Below are positions 1 through 14,620 of a DNA stretch of 64,000 nucleotides, piece by piece. Made by a program: the position numbers and the translations under genes. Location of the stretch: NCBI GenBank assembly GCA_973895155.1, contig OZ316893.1, positions 23,396,015 through 23,460,014 of the forward strand. Direction: 5' to 3'. Each line of letters starts with the position of its first letter. Within the stretch, counting starts at the first letter, position 1. The notes under the pieces were generated by a model. The model had not been told where the DNA came from and made no database searches. It saw only the letters and a list, made by a program, of their open reading frames with translations. Source of the DNA: Marsupella aquatica. Lineage: Eukaryota > Plantae > Marchantiophyta.

Positions 1-2714
1 TCACTTTTGGGCTTCCAGTAACGTGCCAGTAACATGTCCCCCTTTAAGGAGTGTTTTCATCTATCAAGCTTGCCCCATCCATTTTTATGACCCACATCAG
101 CATCTTCTACCTTTTGAGCGTCGTGGTGAAAACAACAAAATACTGAAGAAAGGTTGTTTTCTCTTGGTTACTTCAATCACTTCACTCAATTTCAAGGTAA
201 AATATGATTTCTTTGTGAACTGTGAGCACGGCTCCCTTGCCTGGTATGAAAAACTAACCAAAGCTCCCAAAATTTCAAGCTATTTATGTGGTCCTGATCG
301 AAAACACCTATTTTCACACCCATTTCAATACAAATAATCAAGAAGATTGCAATAAACTTATCATTGACACTTTAAGGCTTTGATCAATTGAGGTCCATGC
401 CTTTACTCATTTTCAATATAGAAAAAACTGACTCATAAATCTACTTGAGATCTATCTTTTCAGCTGTAGGTTGCTTGTGATGTGGACGGATGATTGCTAG
501 AGGCAAAAACAAGGATGACACCGGGGATGACACAAATCCACTTTGCTTTTCCACAATCAGAGTGTAGTGCTTTTTGAGATAACCATTTTTGGAATGAAAA
601 AATCTCTAACCTTGATCTTGGAGAGGTTGTTGTTCTGAGTCGTACATCACAGGTTGGTGTGGCATACTCATCACTAAGAATACAATAAAACAATGTTTAT
701 TGTACACCTCTGAGCCTTGTTTGGTCTTGTATCCTGCTCAATTTTTGTTGTTGAAATGGAACTCCTGGTAGCCCATAGTTTAAATGACCATGATTGTGGT
801 TTAAAGAACAAAGGAGGTATCGGCCAAGAGCTTGTGTGTGTGTGGGGGGGGGGGGGGGGAGGGGCAGGAAACTCAAGGACCAACAACAGGCAGTCAAAAG
901 GCAGGAAAAATGGTGAAAACAGTCTGCTTAGAAGAAAATTGACTGGGCAACTACACCAGACTTTCCTCGAAAGGGGTGTTTTTATAAAATAATATAAGCC
1001 GCAAAAACCCCACGGCAGGGGGAAGCAAGCAAAAAATGTACACATAAAAGACCAAAAAATAAGAAGCAGCCAGACAGGGCACAGCCTCCCTCCTATCACA
1101 CTTTGCAAAATCCAATGGACCCTAAACAACCTGCATCCATCCTATCCTCGGTGCCAGCAAGGGCAGCGTGCCCCAATAATTAGGTTTGCACTGAGAAGCA
1201 ACCACCCGTGGGCCAGCACAAAGAACCGCAGTAGAAGTATAAGCCCCTGATCGTTAGTCTAAACCAGGACCCTAGATCGCTGACGGTGAACAATCCTAAG
1301 GTCCTGTATATGATTTAATCTCAACCGTTATGCATTCAACCAGTTCCTGGCTCTTTGCAGTCTTCTATACTTCCTACCCTAAGGGAAATGCCTGCTAACA
1401 GCAAACAGGTTTTACACAGTTTCCGAGAGCACCAGTTTAAAATCAAAGGCACGCTTGTTCAGTTCGTTAAAAATTTAGGGTTTACTACACCAGACTTTGA
1501 GTCCTCCTAATCAGAAGACAAATCTACCTTGCTTCTAGTAGACAACCAGATTATTTAGTATCCAACACTCCATTACGTTGAGGAGAGACACTGAGCGGGA
1601 CACTGAGTGAGTCTTGATTGTTTTTGCCGTGACTATGAGCAACTGTGTTCATGAGGTTGTTGTCAATTGGTAGAGAAAATTGATGACAAGCCTGCTTCAA
1701 GAATATTTAAAAAAATAAAAAATCTGCTGAATACAAATCTACAAAGACTAGCTTCTAGTGATTTCTTTCTATTCGCGGGCTAATCTGTAGAATAGAAAGT
1801 TGAGCAATTGAGAAGTTGATTTCTTTTTCTTGGTTGAGTTACTAGTCACGTCTTGAATACTTCCTGTAGGTAGAAAATGAAGCTCCCACAGACCAAGCCC
1901 GTGAACCAGTGTTTCCGTTTGTGCTAATTTTTGCACATTTGCAACTAGGTGAAATGGCTTGTGAATGATCCAAGAGGATCCAAGAGGTTCTTAACAAGTT
2001 TTATTGGTTGTTTGTTGACAAACTAGATCTGCACATACATACTTGTAATAGTCATGATGTAATCATCGGGGTAAATCATACAATGTTTGTGCTAAGTTAA
2101 AGCTTCTCAACGTACAATAAGTGCCCAAAACACAAGGCATCCCTGCCGTGAACCATCCAATTAAACCCCATGGGCGGTGACCTTTCACACCTACGCTCAT
2201 TGACAAACTTCTTGTTTCCAAAAAGTTTTCAACAAGAAAGTTTTACCCTTCAGTATCCCTTGATATCAAACTGAATTGGCTCTTCTTGGGCTCTACAAGA
2301 TGCTGAATGATCTTTCCAACCAGAATAATATCTATAGTTTTCATGAAGGACAAAGAGCTAGGGTTATAAATCTCTAACTTAGATTATTCCATTGCTCAGT
2401 GTAGCCCTTCTGAAAGTTTTTGAGCAGCTAACTTTGACATCCAGTATCTTCCTTGATATCCAATGGACTCTGATTCTTTGGGGTTTTTTTTTCTGCGTGA
2501 ACCCCAGCTGAGGGGAGGGAATCCAAAAGGCAATGTCAATACCAAAATGTCCCAAAAGGGCAAGAGGCCATCACCACATTAGGCACAAAGCCCATGTGCC
2601 TTCAGTTGCAGCTCTCCGGAGTTCCGGACTCCTGGATTTCCGGATTTAAACACAGGTTAAGGTTGAGCCCGCGGACTTTTCTTATGGTAGGCCACAGTTG
2701 AAGATCAGCTCCCA

Positions 2715-2814
2715 TAATGTGAGTTCCCTTAATATTGAAGTTATGGGAAGGACTCATTTTGTTATAATGTGAGTTCCCTTAATATTGAAGTTATGGGAAG
2801 GACTCATCTTGTTA
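2715..2814. repeat. Tandem duplication, 2 x ~50 bp
   Basis: ataatgtgagttcccttaatattgaagttatgggaaggactcat(t/c)ttgtt occurs twice back to back, upstream of ISY1. Confidence 0.9.
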
Positions 2815-3636
2815 ACTCCGGGCTCTGAGACCCTACTAATGTCATAACTAGAGTTATAACTTTGGAAACTCTTTCTGGAGAGAGAGAGAGCTTTACTCGT
2901 GTATTCCTCGATACAAGAGCCCGAGCCTCGAGTGAAGCTCTGGTAGCATAGCAAGCGATGGCGACGAATAGCAAGGCCGATCTCCGCCCACTTACAGTGA
3001 AGAGTATCTGAACCCTAAAGTTCCGTGATTCCGTCCTCCCCCAAGCCAACGATTGTTTTGAGCAAATTCGTCGCGGAGGAAAAGATTTCTAGCTCCTTTG
3101 TATATTTTGTAGAATTGTAGAATGAGAATGAATGACACTACAATCTCATCGTCCCGTGTTTGAGTCACCGCAATCTGTCACCGTAAGACACCAGTCCATG
3201 TGGTGAGATAAGTGAGGGTCAGAAGCTGCCATGTTGAGAAGCCTTTGTGAGTATTTTGGTTTAGCTTCGTTCCCCGCTAGAGTCTTGGCTTCTGACGAAA
3301 TGTGGGAGACGAGTACTGTTCTTTAGTGTTGTTCGAGAAGAGCGACACTTTTTTTTCCTGTCACTGTGAAACTTCTGTGGTGCACTCTCATGGCACATGT
3401 GGAAAGTCTTCCGATTGATAGAGGAACCATGGCAGTCGTGGGATTTGTCAGTAGCTAAAACTGCTTGGTTAGTTTTCATGGATGACCTAATGCTCTGGCA
3501 AACTTGTACTACGATAGGAGCTGGAAATGCGGCAATTACGACAACTAAAGCTACGACGAGGATTTGAAGTACGTGACAAGAGTGCGTAGGGGAGGAGGAT
3601 TTTTGGGTGTTCAGGAGTTTGGCCAGGGCGTCGAAA

Positions 3637-4521
3637 ATGGCTCGGAATGAAGAGAAAGCGCAGTCTATGCTGAACAGGTTTTTGCAATCCAAAAACGAGG
3701 AGACGAAGAAGCCCAAGGAGCGGCGTCCTTTCTTAGCGTCGGAGTGCAGAGATTTGGCGGAGGCGGACAGATGGAGGCAGCAGATCGTGCGAGAAATTGG
3801 CCGGAAGGTCATGGATGTGCAGAACCCTGGATTGGGAGAGCACCGTCTGAGAGACCTGAACGACGAGATCAATAAGCTGATCAGGGAAAAAGGGCACTGG
3901 GAGGCGAGGATTTTGGAGCTAGGAGGACCTAATTATGCGAAATCTGCACCTAAGTCTACCGATGCCGAGGGAAATGAGGTCGAAGCTGCGAGCGGGAAGG
4001 GCTTAGGGTATCGATACTTTGGAGCCACGAAGCAGCTGCCTGGTGTTAAGGAACTGTTCGAGAAGCCCCCGGAGCTGAAGAAGAGAAGGTCACGTTATGA
4101 AATGTACAAGAGGATCGACGCTGATTACTACGGGTACAGAGACGATGAAGACGGGCTGTTGGAAAAGCTGGAGCGAGAGGCAGAGCTTGAAATAAGGGCT
4201 CATGCCATGGAAGAGTGGCAACGGATTGAAGCGGTCAAAAACGAGGCTAGAAAGGGCGTCAAAAGTGGGGAGGTCGTCCAAATGAAGGCTATTTTCGAGG
4301 AGGATGAAGATGAGGTGTTTGATGATGCAGAAGTTGGCGGTGAACAAGAGAAGTCTAATCAGCATAGGGAATTCGTGGCCCATGTGCCACTTCCAGATGA
4401 GAAAGAGATCGAAAGAATGGTCGTAGAAAAGAAAAAACTCGAGCTTCTCAGTAAATATACCAGTGACGCACTCATAGAGGAGGAAATTGAGGCAAAAGCT
4501 TTACTTAACATTCACAGGTGA
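3637..4521 (+). CDS. ISY1: Pre-mRNA splicing factor ISY1 (NTC/Prp19-complex associated), coding region intronless, 294 aa
   Basis: ORF from ATG 3637 begins MARNEEKAQSMLNRF and contains RPFLASEC, LRDLNDEINKLIREKGHWE, GYRYFGA..LPGVKELF and IDADYYGYRDDEDG, all hallmark Isy1-family motifs. The ORF track start at 3607 is a GTG. Confidence 0.95.
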   Translation: MARNEEKAQSMLNRFLQSKNEETKKPKERRPFLASECRDLAEADRWRQQIVREIGRKVMDVQNPGLGEHRLRDLNDEINKLIREKGHWEARILELGGPNYAKSAPKSTDAEGNEVEAASGKGLGYRYFGATKQLPGVKELFEKPPELKKRRSRYEMYKRIDADYYGYRDDEDGLLEKLEREAELEIRAHAMEEWQRIEAVKNEARKGVKSGEVVQMKAIFEEDEDEVFDDAEVGGEQEKSNQHREFVAHVPLPDEKEIERMVVEKKKLELLSKYTSDALIEEEIEAKALLNIHR

Positions 4522-6904
4522 TCTCTTGTAGAGGACTAGATGCCGAAGTGTTACTTATAATTGACAGGTGATGAGAAGCGGAGGACTGACTTGTTGCATA
4601 CAGTGGAAGGGAAGTTCCAAGCGAAGTGAAGTGTGCCACGAATTTTAACTTTGCTCATTGACCTCCAACGCAGCAACGTGACATTCTGGGAGCAATCCTC
4701 AGGTGCTTAGGCATGGACGAACCAGAACTGATTATGAGAGCCCTATCAACTGTTATAAGGCGTTGGTCAACCGAATCTTCACTTTAGTGGATGGAGAGTC
4801 CATTCGTGATGGACTCTGGCAGAAAGTAACGTCCGAATGTGTTTGTCAATTCATGAGTCCTTCGACTCATGTGTATGGTCCTTTAGCAACAGAGTTTTAG
4901 AAATTGAGAATGTTAAGGGTTGGTCAATTCCAACGCCGGCAAGCAATCTTTCGGTCCTCCGCTGTGTTCAGCTGGATCCAGTTGCACAGGTTGCCTTCGA
5001 AAACAAACAATTTTCTTGTACCTCGTGTTCGCTTTCTTACGTGCCTCTCTTTATGCATCTTGTGAATCGTGTACAGGAACCACAAAATAATAGATATTTC
5101 CAACCTTGCGTCCCAGAAACTCTACTTGGAACCTGTTTTCCGTTCTCGTGACATGAGCCCAAGGTAGAGCTTGTCTGTCAGGAAAGTGCCGCAGCAGTAC
5201 ATGTGAGACCTACCTCGTTGAATGCAAACGGTGATCTACATGCATTTCTCTTCAATTGCGCGTCAGCGAGATACTCCGACCGAGACTGGCAAGCTTAGCT
5301 GAACTGCACGAGCAAGAGGAGTTGAGCCGTATGATGATCCTGCTGCGATGTGCGTATACCCAAGGCTTGGTCTTTGTCACCCTTCTCTGGACAGCAACAG
5401 TATGGTTGAAACTGGGTCAGATGATCCTTTTAGACTACAGGTTCCGACCAAAGCTGTGGACGATATCCAATTGCGATCTGCCTCAAACGATCAATCTTTT
5501 CGCTTTTCACTCTTGGCCTGACGAATTCAAATGAATGCGTTTTGAGGAATCCATTGAGAGGTGTAAAAGTTCCTTAGGATGGATCATGATGTGCGTCTCT
5601 TTAGGTCATTGCAGCAGGGTTTGAAGCCCGTACATGAATGAATTCGTGACCTCTTTGAAGGAAACCAAGCAGACGTCGAGGGCACTTCAATGAAAAAGAC
5701 CCAGGCAAGTTTATGTCCCGGTCTCTTCGTGATATCATTCCCTTGCGCACGATACCTGTTTCGTTGACGACTGCAGACAAAATGTGCAAGGCAGCAAACT
5801 TAAAGGCAATTCGCTGTGTTGGGAAACTTTTCAGTAAATATGCTATTCTCGAGTGCAGCTCTAGAGAAAAGTGGTCCATTTTCGCTGGATGTGGAATTCT
5901 GAATGCTGAATTTCATGTCCTTTTCCTTAAGAGGACCTTTGAATTGCAATCGCAAAGCCATTGCAGAGTATCTTGTAGGTAACGCAGCTAATTAGACTGG
6001 TCTGAATAAGATTGACAAGATTCTCATTGCAACGTAGGTTCAATTAAAAGACAGTGACACTGGTGCGTTCCAGCTGTGCTTCTTTGCAAAATAGAACCGA
6101 CCCTAAATAATCTAAGGTAGAATTCAACTATAGCTGTTGGCCCTGAAAGCACGACAGCGCTGGTGTCTCAGTGTTGCTGTCTCAAAAGCCCAAGTCATAA
6201 TCATCCTACTGATGTCGGGCTCTAAGTTTACTTGTAGAAGCTAGTATAAATAGGAGCTACAAAATCGGGACCCTGACCAGAACCTTTCCTGTCCTTCAAT
6301 CCTCTCAATCAATTTCACATTCTAGGTCATGCTAGCCTCAGCTTCAAAACTAACCATTTCAGAAGGAAACAACCATAGAGGACGCAAAGACAAGGTCGTA
6401 TGGATCAGTCCTCAGATGGGACCACACAGGTGCCAAGTAGCTAGCCAGAGCTCTTCAGAAGCTGATCTGACCTGCACAAATCCAGAACCTACCAAAATTT
6501 AAGTACAGAGTAAATTCGATTCAATGCCTTGCTCCTTCAACCAGTGTCGGCCAAGTTTCCTGTTTTGAAAGAACGATGTGGCTGAGACGGTTGGGACAAG
6601 GCAAGGAAAGAGAGAACAACTACACAAACAGATGGCACACGCTTGTACTGACATGATTTGCCATACATGTTTAAATGGACTTTCCAGGCGTCAACCAAAG
6701 GGACTTGCACCTGAAAGAGACATAACAAATGAAAGCGGTATGGAAAGGGCATTACATTCCAATAAAGGACAGTAGCTGACTGTTCAGCACATGATAACAA
6801 GCCATCGCGGAAATTGCCCACAAGGCAACATTTACATCCTGAGATTCATGATATGGAACTGGTTGCAGGCAACAATATAAGTTGTAAATCCTCATATCGG
6901 TGAC

Positions 6905-8689
<1,785 letters not shown>

Positions 8690-9238
8690 CTATCTGCCTG
8701 CCTCTCTCCGATTCAAAATTAATCGCACCGATGTCCCGGAAGAAATTTGATAAACGAGCTCCGCTTACCCAATTACTCGATAAAACTGAGCAACCCTACA
8801 AAGGAACTGCTAGAACAAAGTCGGTCGACGGTGCGATAATGCGGCACAATGAACAATAACGCTTCCCTCCCGTAATGACTGTACAGTAGTCAATTGAAAA
8901 GCCTCGTTCCACAACGAAGAGCGGCACTCGTTCTCACAGGGCGACGAATCGATCAGCCTGTTTTCCTTGCTGCCATCCTTTCAGCGTTGAAGCACACCAT
9001 CACTTCAGCACAATCACGTTTCCTTCGCGCACTAGTGGTATTCAGGAGCCCTCGTTCGGACCACATTGATCAGCGGTACACTATTCTCGCATCTCGACAC
9101 GGAGTGACAGAGCGGTCGCGGAGCTTTCCTTCGAGCTTTCGTTTCCTTCGAGCTTTCCTCGAGGAACAACAACACATCACAGCAGTGTACACGAGAAGCT
9201 TCGGAGCATCGATTTCTTTAGTGGCGTAGTTTCTCCAA

Positions 9239-9551
9239 AGAGCTTTTCACTAACGTGTCCCCTAAACTACCCAATATTATTAACATGCCCCAACCAAAAT
9301 TAATTATTAACTTGTCCCCCAAAATTAATTATTAACTTGTCCCCATTTTGTATGTAGTTAATATGAACTCTCTTATATGGGGTTCCCTTAGTCAAGTGCG
9401 GCTGAGGAAAGGGGGCCAAGGGGTGTAGAGGTGGGCTCAGGCTATCCAATATTCCCCCAAATTACCCAATATTGCACATGTTGATAATTAATTTTGTTTT
9501 GGCACATTAGCAATATTGGGTAATTTGGTGGACAGGTTAATAAAAAGCTGT
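9239..9551. mobile_element. MITE with ~75-bp imperfect TIRs and 8-9 bp target-site duplication (hAT- or Mutator-like)
   Basis: Left end agagcttttcactaacgtgtcccctaaactacccaatattattaacatgccccaaccaaaattaattattaac matches the reverse complement of the right end (acagctttttattaacctgtccaccaaattacccaatattgctaatgtgccaaaacaaaattaattatcaac). Flanked by ttctccaa at 9231-9238 and 9552-9559. Confidence 0.8.
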
Positions 9552-9579
9552 TTCTCCAATTTAGAAATTGTTGGAAAAT

Positions 9580-9930
9580 ATTCACCACCTTTGGCGGAAA
9601 CTTTGCCAGTTTTGTAGCTAGCCACAGACCCCATTAGCCAGAATGGGACAGTTAGTCTTGAATCTAGGGAGATTGGGAGATCTAAGGGTCAGAGATTAAA
9701 ATCAAATAAGGAAAGTTCTTAGCATTTTCTTGCAAAGGGACCATTTTGCTGGAAGATTATTATTTCGCTTCACTGACAAGTATTCCCCACGTTTGGCCAA
9801 AATTTGCCAGTTTCAGTCTAACCACGGACCCTACCATACAAAATCTAAGGTTCACCTTAAATCTAAGGAGATCTAAGGGTCAGAAATTCATTTAGGAAGA
9901 TTAGACAAGGAATCTTCTTAGCATCTTCTC
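9580..9930 (+). repeat. Two diverged tandem copies (~200 bp) of a dispersed repeat family with core ggagatctaagggtcaga
   Basis: tttgccagttt...ccac(a/g)gaccc...ggagatctaagggtcaga...ttcttagcat is repeated at ~9580 and ~9782. Related copies lie near 29700 and 37230-37310, and inverted at 38605-38685. Confidence 0.7.
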
Positions 9931-10758
9931 AGGTGACATTGGCCAGGTTCTTTTGTCTTGGACCAGCCCTAACTTGGGGGTTCACCTTAAATTTTAGGGT
10001 AAGACAATCTTGGACAACAGCAAAACTTATTGAGCACTAGGTATCAGGGTAGTATTTTGCTGAGCAGACTTGAAGAGCATTCACAGTCTAATAAGGAAGC
10101 CAAGATGCAGTGGTTGTATAGGAAGGCACAGCCTGATTAATTGTGTTGGCTTAGTTTGGCGGGCTGTTCCCGGGGGTGCAGTTTGCAGTTTGTTTCCTTG
10201 CTTTGGTGACTTTTGTCTCCTTGTGTGTGGTATTGATGGGGCTCTGAGTCTCCCTTTTCCAAACAGAAAAGGGTAAGAGAACTAGAGTCCTATGAGGGGA
10301 AGGCAGTGAGGGGCAGGAGATTAGGTCAACTATTTGCCTATGGATATTGAAGAGTGGCTAGGGACAGGGACAGGGGCCTTTTCATAGTGGCAGTTGTGGC
10401 TATATTATACTTGGAGCACTGCACTTGCGAGCATCTGCACAAGTGATTATGGCCGAGCATTCTTTGGAAACTCATTTGCCTATTGGGTCCTATAGAAGCT
10501 GAAGATATGAGGATATATGTTTTGACATTCCCTAACGCTACCTATAATGCGTGTATTCACATAAATGCAGAGTTTACTCTACATTAGTCATCCTAGCAAC
10601 CAGATGTAGTGGTATTCAGTGTGGCAAGTGAGGATCCAAGTTCAAGCTTTATTAGGTCTTTTGCCTAAACCCCCATCACAAAGTGGGGTTCACCAAAGCC
10701 CTTTGCACAAAAACAAATTTACACTTAGAAAAATTGTATGCCACTCTCTGATTAACTA

Positions 10759-12413
10759 CACTCTTTACAGTATTTAGTCTCACACACTCTATTAGTGTGA
10801 GGTTATATTTGGGGTGAGTGAGGGTAATTAGTGTGTGTGACAATTAATATTTTTTGACACTAATTGTGGTCAAACGTCAAATAGTGTCACACTCACTTAA
10901 TAAAAATTAGAATGGGCAATAGTCAAAATTTGCATATAAAAACATGATAAATAACACAATATTTGACTATGGTTTACAAAATTCACATACTCTACTCAAA
11001 CACATGGAGCAAACTTAAAAAATTCCTTATCATTATTACTAAACAGAGAATTACATTTCCGGCTTGTTGCAAACATTGACCCGTTTTTATCAGACTAATT
11101 ATAAATAACACATGTTGTCGCACAAAAGGCTACAAACTTACATCACGCTTACTCTCCTAAACTTGTCCCTTGTGTCTCGTCTTTGTGAGAGGACGTACAG
11201 CCTTAAGAGAGAGAGAGTGGGTTGAGTTGGTTCTTCACCTCTGGTTCATCAACATCAGGAGCCACTTTGACAATAGCATCAATGTCTAGGCCAACCCACT
11301 CCCTTCAGAATTCACTCAGTACTTTGATATCATATTTTGAACCTCAGGTGTAAGTTGGTTTTCAGACCATACACCATTGACATTAAGAGAAACCAGTCCT
11401 TGTCATTGATTCTAGTGTATTAGACATGTCATGTCTGTCAGCATAATTGTTCACCTTAATTATTGAGTCTCTTGCCAATGTCAAAAACCAATGTTTGCCT
11501 GGATTTTTAATTTCCCAGAGGTGCCACGTGTCCCAATCCCCACTCACTCTCCAACAAAAACACCATCTTTGCCTTCTTCTCTTCCCACTCTTTGTCCCAA
11601 CATCTTCTATCTTTGACATCACAAATGAATCATTGTTGGCAAAGTTAAGTTGAATTTATTGATAAACACCCAATATATCATAATTTCTTGCAAAGCTGCA
11701 ATGGTACCTGGTATGTGTTTGGCTGTGCCCATCATAATTGTCTATCCATTGAATCTATAAACATTCAAGAACAGCTGACTTTGAAAAGTTATTTGTGTAT
11801 TGATGCTCAACAGCAAATTTCCAATGTTGGGCTTGTTGGAAAGCGCATCTAATAAAGCTTCTAGTGGTAGAAGGGATTGGGAGTTTTCATCAATAGTGAG
11901 AGATAAATACAAAATGGATATTACCACTAGTTGCTACAAGAAAAAAATAGCATCTTCTTACACTAGACAAAATGCTTTTCAAGAGTTGAAACTTTCTAAT
12001 GCAACAAACATAGAGAAGAAGATATGCAAATTACACTTCTTGTGACATTTTGACATAATCTTGATTCTTTTTCCCTTGCTCTAGCAAATCCAACTATGAT
12101 GAGCGATCCACATCCCGCCATATTCTCAAACAGTCACTCTTTCACAAGGAGTAACAAGCCAAAACACAAGGAAAGCCGCTCACATAACACACATGTGGCT
12201 GCTGGCATGAACATCACTGGAGTGAGTTTGGTTTTGGGTTACCACCACAAATATTTTTGCCTCTAGTCATCAATGTTTTCAGTATGTATGAGAGTTTTAA
12301 AAACTATTGGGGGTGACAGCAAATAGTGTCACTTGTATGGAAATTGAAGGGCTACCCCTAATTAATGTGTGTGACACACTTATTGTTTAGTGACACTAAT
12401 AGTGTAAGGAGTG
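10759..12413 (-). mobile_element. Degenerate Tc1/mariner-superfamily (pogo-like, DDE_1) DNA transposon with broken transposase
   Basis: TA|CACTCTTTACAGTATTTAGTCTCAC ... GTGACACTAATAGTGTAAGGAGTG|TA gives ~24-bp imperfect TIRs with a TA duplication and subterminal gtgtgtgaca/aaatagtgtcac repeats. Frameshifted minus-strand remnants: WIDNYDGH (11748-11725), NST*LCQ..DSFVMSKIED, WEEKKAK, KNPGKHWFLTLARDSIIKVN, LNVNGVWSENQLTPEVQNMISK. Confidence 0.8.
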
Positions 12414-12859
12414 TAGATGGTAACAAGCAGGTGGGCACCATCTACAAGTTATGGTAAGAGTGAGACCCAACCGGTTGTAATAACTGTGTTTCTCAGCAAT
12501 CGTTGACCTGAATCACCAGCGGCTTGGAACAACGCCTGGTGCACCTATGAAGGTGTTGTATTCAGGCCTGGTGCACCAGAAGCATGCATCTGCATATCAT
12601 TTTCAGGTTAGGCGGCACAAAGAAAACTGCAACTATCAATTTGGCCAGGTTTTCAGGGCGCCCAAAAGAATTTTGCAGCCCTGCCAATCTCATTAATGCA
12701 TTCAATTGTGCCAATTTTCCCCATTCCAATCTTGCTGGATGTTTGTTGTCAACAACATGTTCTGAGTGTTTTCACCAGGCACCAGTGCCAACAGGATAGT
12801 GATTGTCAACCTACAGGGTCACTGCCACAGTGAGATTCTGATGGAGCCCAACTCTTTTT

Positions 12860-12980
12860 CAGTCATCTTATGAAATATTGAGTTTACCTGAAATTAACAT
12901 TCTGCAGGTTTGATGGCGGGCACAGTCATCTTATGAAATATTGAGTTTACCTAAAATTAACATTCTGCAGGTTTGATGGC
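12860..12980. repeat. Tandem duplication, 2 x ~60 bp
   Basis: cagtcatcttatgaaatattgagtttacct(g/a)aaattaacattctgcaggtttgatggc occurs twice. Confidence 0.9.
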
Positions 12981-13727
12981 ACCCCAGTGCCCGCCCTAGT
13001 GTAGCAGAGATGGACCTGACATTGACTGTTGTGGTGCTACTAAGTGTTAACAATTTCAGATGGCAGATTATTGGAAGGGCCCAGTCAAGTCCTAGATCTA
13101 TTTTTGGGGTCCATCAAGTCTTGAAGATGGAGGAGAGTCCACTTTGGAGGCAGTTGTGACTGTTTTCAACAAGCAAACTGAACTCTTGTTGTAAGATACA
13201 CTCAAGCCCAGAATTATTTTGAAAGAAGTTTACTAAATGTAAACCCTTTGAATGACAATCAAATGTTTGGACCACCTTTAGAGAGTCCAAAATTCTTGGA
13301 AACTTCTGGAAAAATCAGACACTATACTCTAATGGGCCATTTCTGTAAAGCCAACTCCAACCATTTACAAACATCAGTCTTGATTAACTTAGTAAAACTA
13401 GCAATCTCCTCCAGATGAGTTTGAGCATATTCTTACACCCAATCTCAATGCTCAAATTCATTGGATCATGATTCAATTTTCCAGTCATAGTGTTGTGCAT
13501 TTCTGTCTTTCCAGATTCTCCAACCTGTCTCATAGAGAGTTATATGCTTGATGGACCCCCATAGTGAAAAATGTTACTTATGGAACCCCTGCGTGATCCA
13601 CACTGTTGATAGACATCCACACTGTTGATAGACCTCTATCATACGAATGATTAATGCAAATGTAATGGTTTAATTCATTGACTCTTAATTGAATGCACTC
13701 TTTGTCTATGTTAATCTCCAAAACAAA

Positions 13728-14620
13728 TCTACATCTATGATATTAAATCCCGCTCTTTTTAGTCATTCATCCCCGTTACAAAATGCATTTTGGGCGGGAA
13801 TCAATGATAGCCGTTAGATCTTTTGGGTGATTTTTTGTAACTGTTTGATTATTAATTCCGTGGCCAAGGTACACGTAAACACATAATGACATTACAATAG
13901 TCTATGCGAGAATAAGAACAATTGTATTTGAGAGCACAATTATGAGTTGTACTAGATTGTCCTTTCTACTCTCCCATGGGAACTATAACTCTACAAGGGT
14001 GCAGTGATTATATTATAATCTCATAAAAATATAAAGATAAAGCACTATCCAAAGATAACTGGGGAGATATCAAGAAATTGGCATGGAGGAAAATAGGGGA
14101 GGGCTAGATAAAGGTAAAAATGAGCTAAAATTGAGGAAGAAGAGAATGACAAATGCAAAGAAAAATAGAGAAAGGGATAAAGTGAGATAATTTTGTATTT
14201 TCCTGCCCCCCCCCCATTTAAAAAAATAAGAGTGTACATATTTATGTATTTAAAATATTAATAATTTTAATTTTAATAAAAATTGTATCATTTTTTTGGG
14301 TGATCATGCTACAATTCCATGATGTAATGGCCGCTATCACCCATCTTACATCTCCATGTTCTCACCTTCATCCTCCTCAACAATAACATGTTCACAACAA
14401 TGACCAAAATGATAACATTTTTGCAACAATGACACACACACACCATCAAACAATGACAATTTTTATGCTACATTTTTTTTTGCGGCGCATAGGGAATGAT
14501 TTTGCCTGCATTTTTTGGTTTTTCCTTGACAACATTGCCTTACCTTGACGTTTTTTCGTCTTTCAACGTTTTTTCTTCACCTCAACATCTTCTGTGCAAA
14601 ACGCATGGGCATTTTTTGTG
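13728..14620 (+). mobile_element. Non-autonomous Helitron-like element, copy 1 (right boundary approximate)
   Basis: Starts a|tctacatctatgatattaaa (Helitron-style 5' TC end). Colinear over several hundred bp with the reverse complement of 25424-26313 (e.g. gggataaagtgagataattttgtattttcctgcccc). Degenerate 3' hairpin region tgtgcaaaacgcatgggc near 14593. Confidence 0.55.

Noticed and set aside
1-1200. Short ORFs and a poly-G tract, possibly a decayed transposon
   Set aside because: I could not identify RT, integrase or transposase motifs or element ends, so no call is made.
3261-3872. 203-aa minus-strand ORF overlapping the ISY1 start
   Set aside because: Largely the antisense of conserved ISY1 coding sequence plus its leader; no recognisable motif.
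4522-6904. Possible small gene or snoRNA between ISY1 and DDX41
   Set aside because: Short ORFs on both strands show no family motifs or consistent exon chain. The one C/D-like pair (gtgatga...ctga near 4568-4589) is too closely spaced for a snoRNA.
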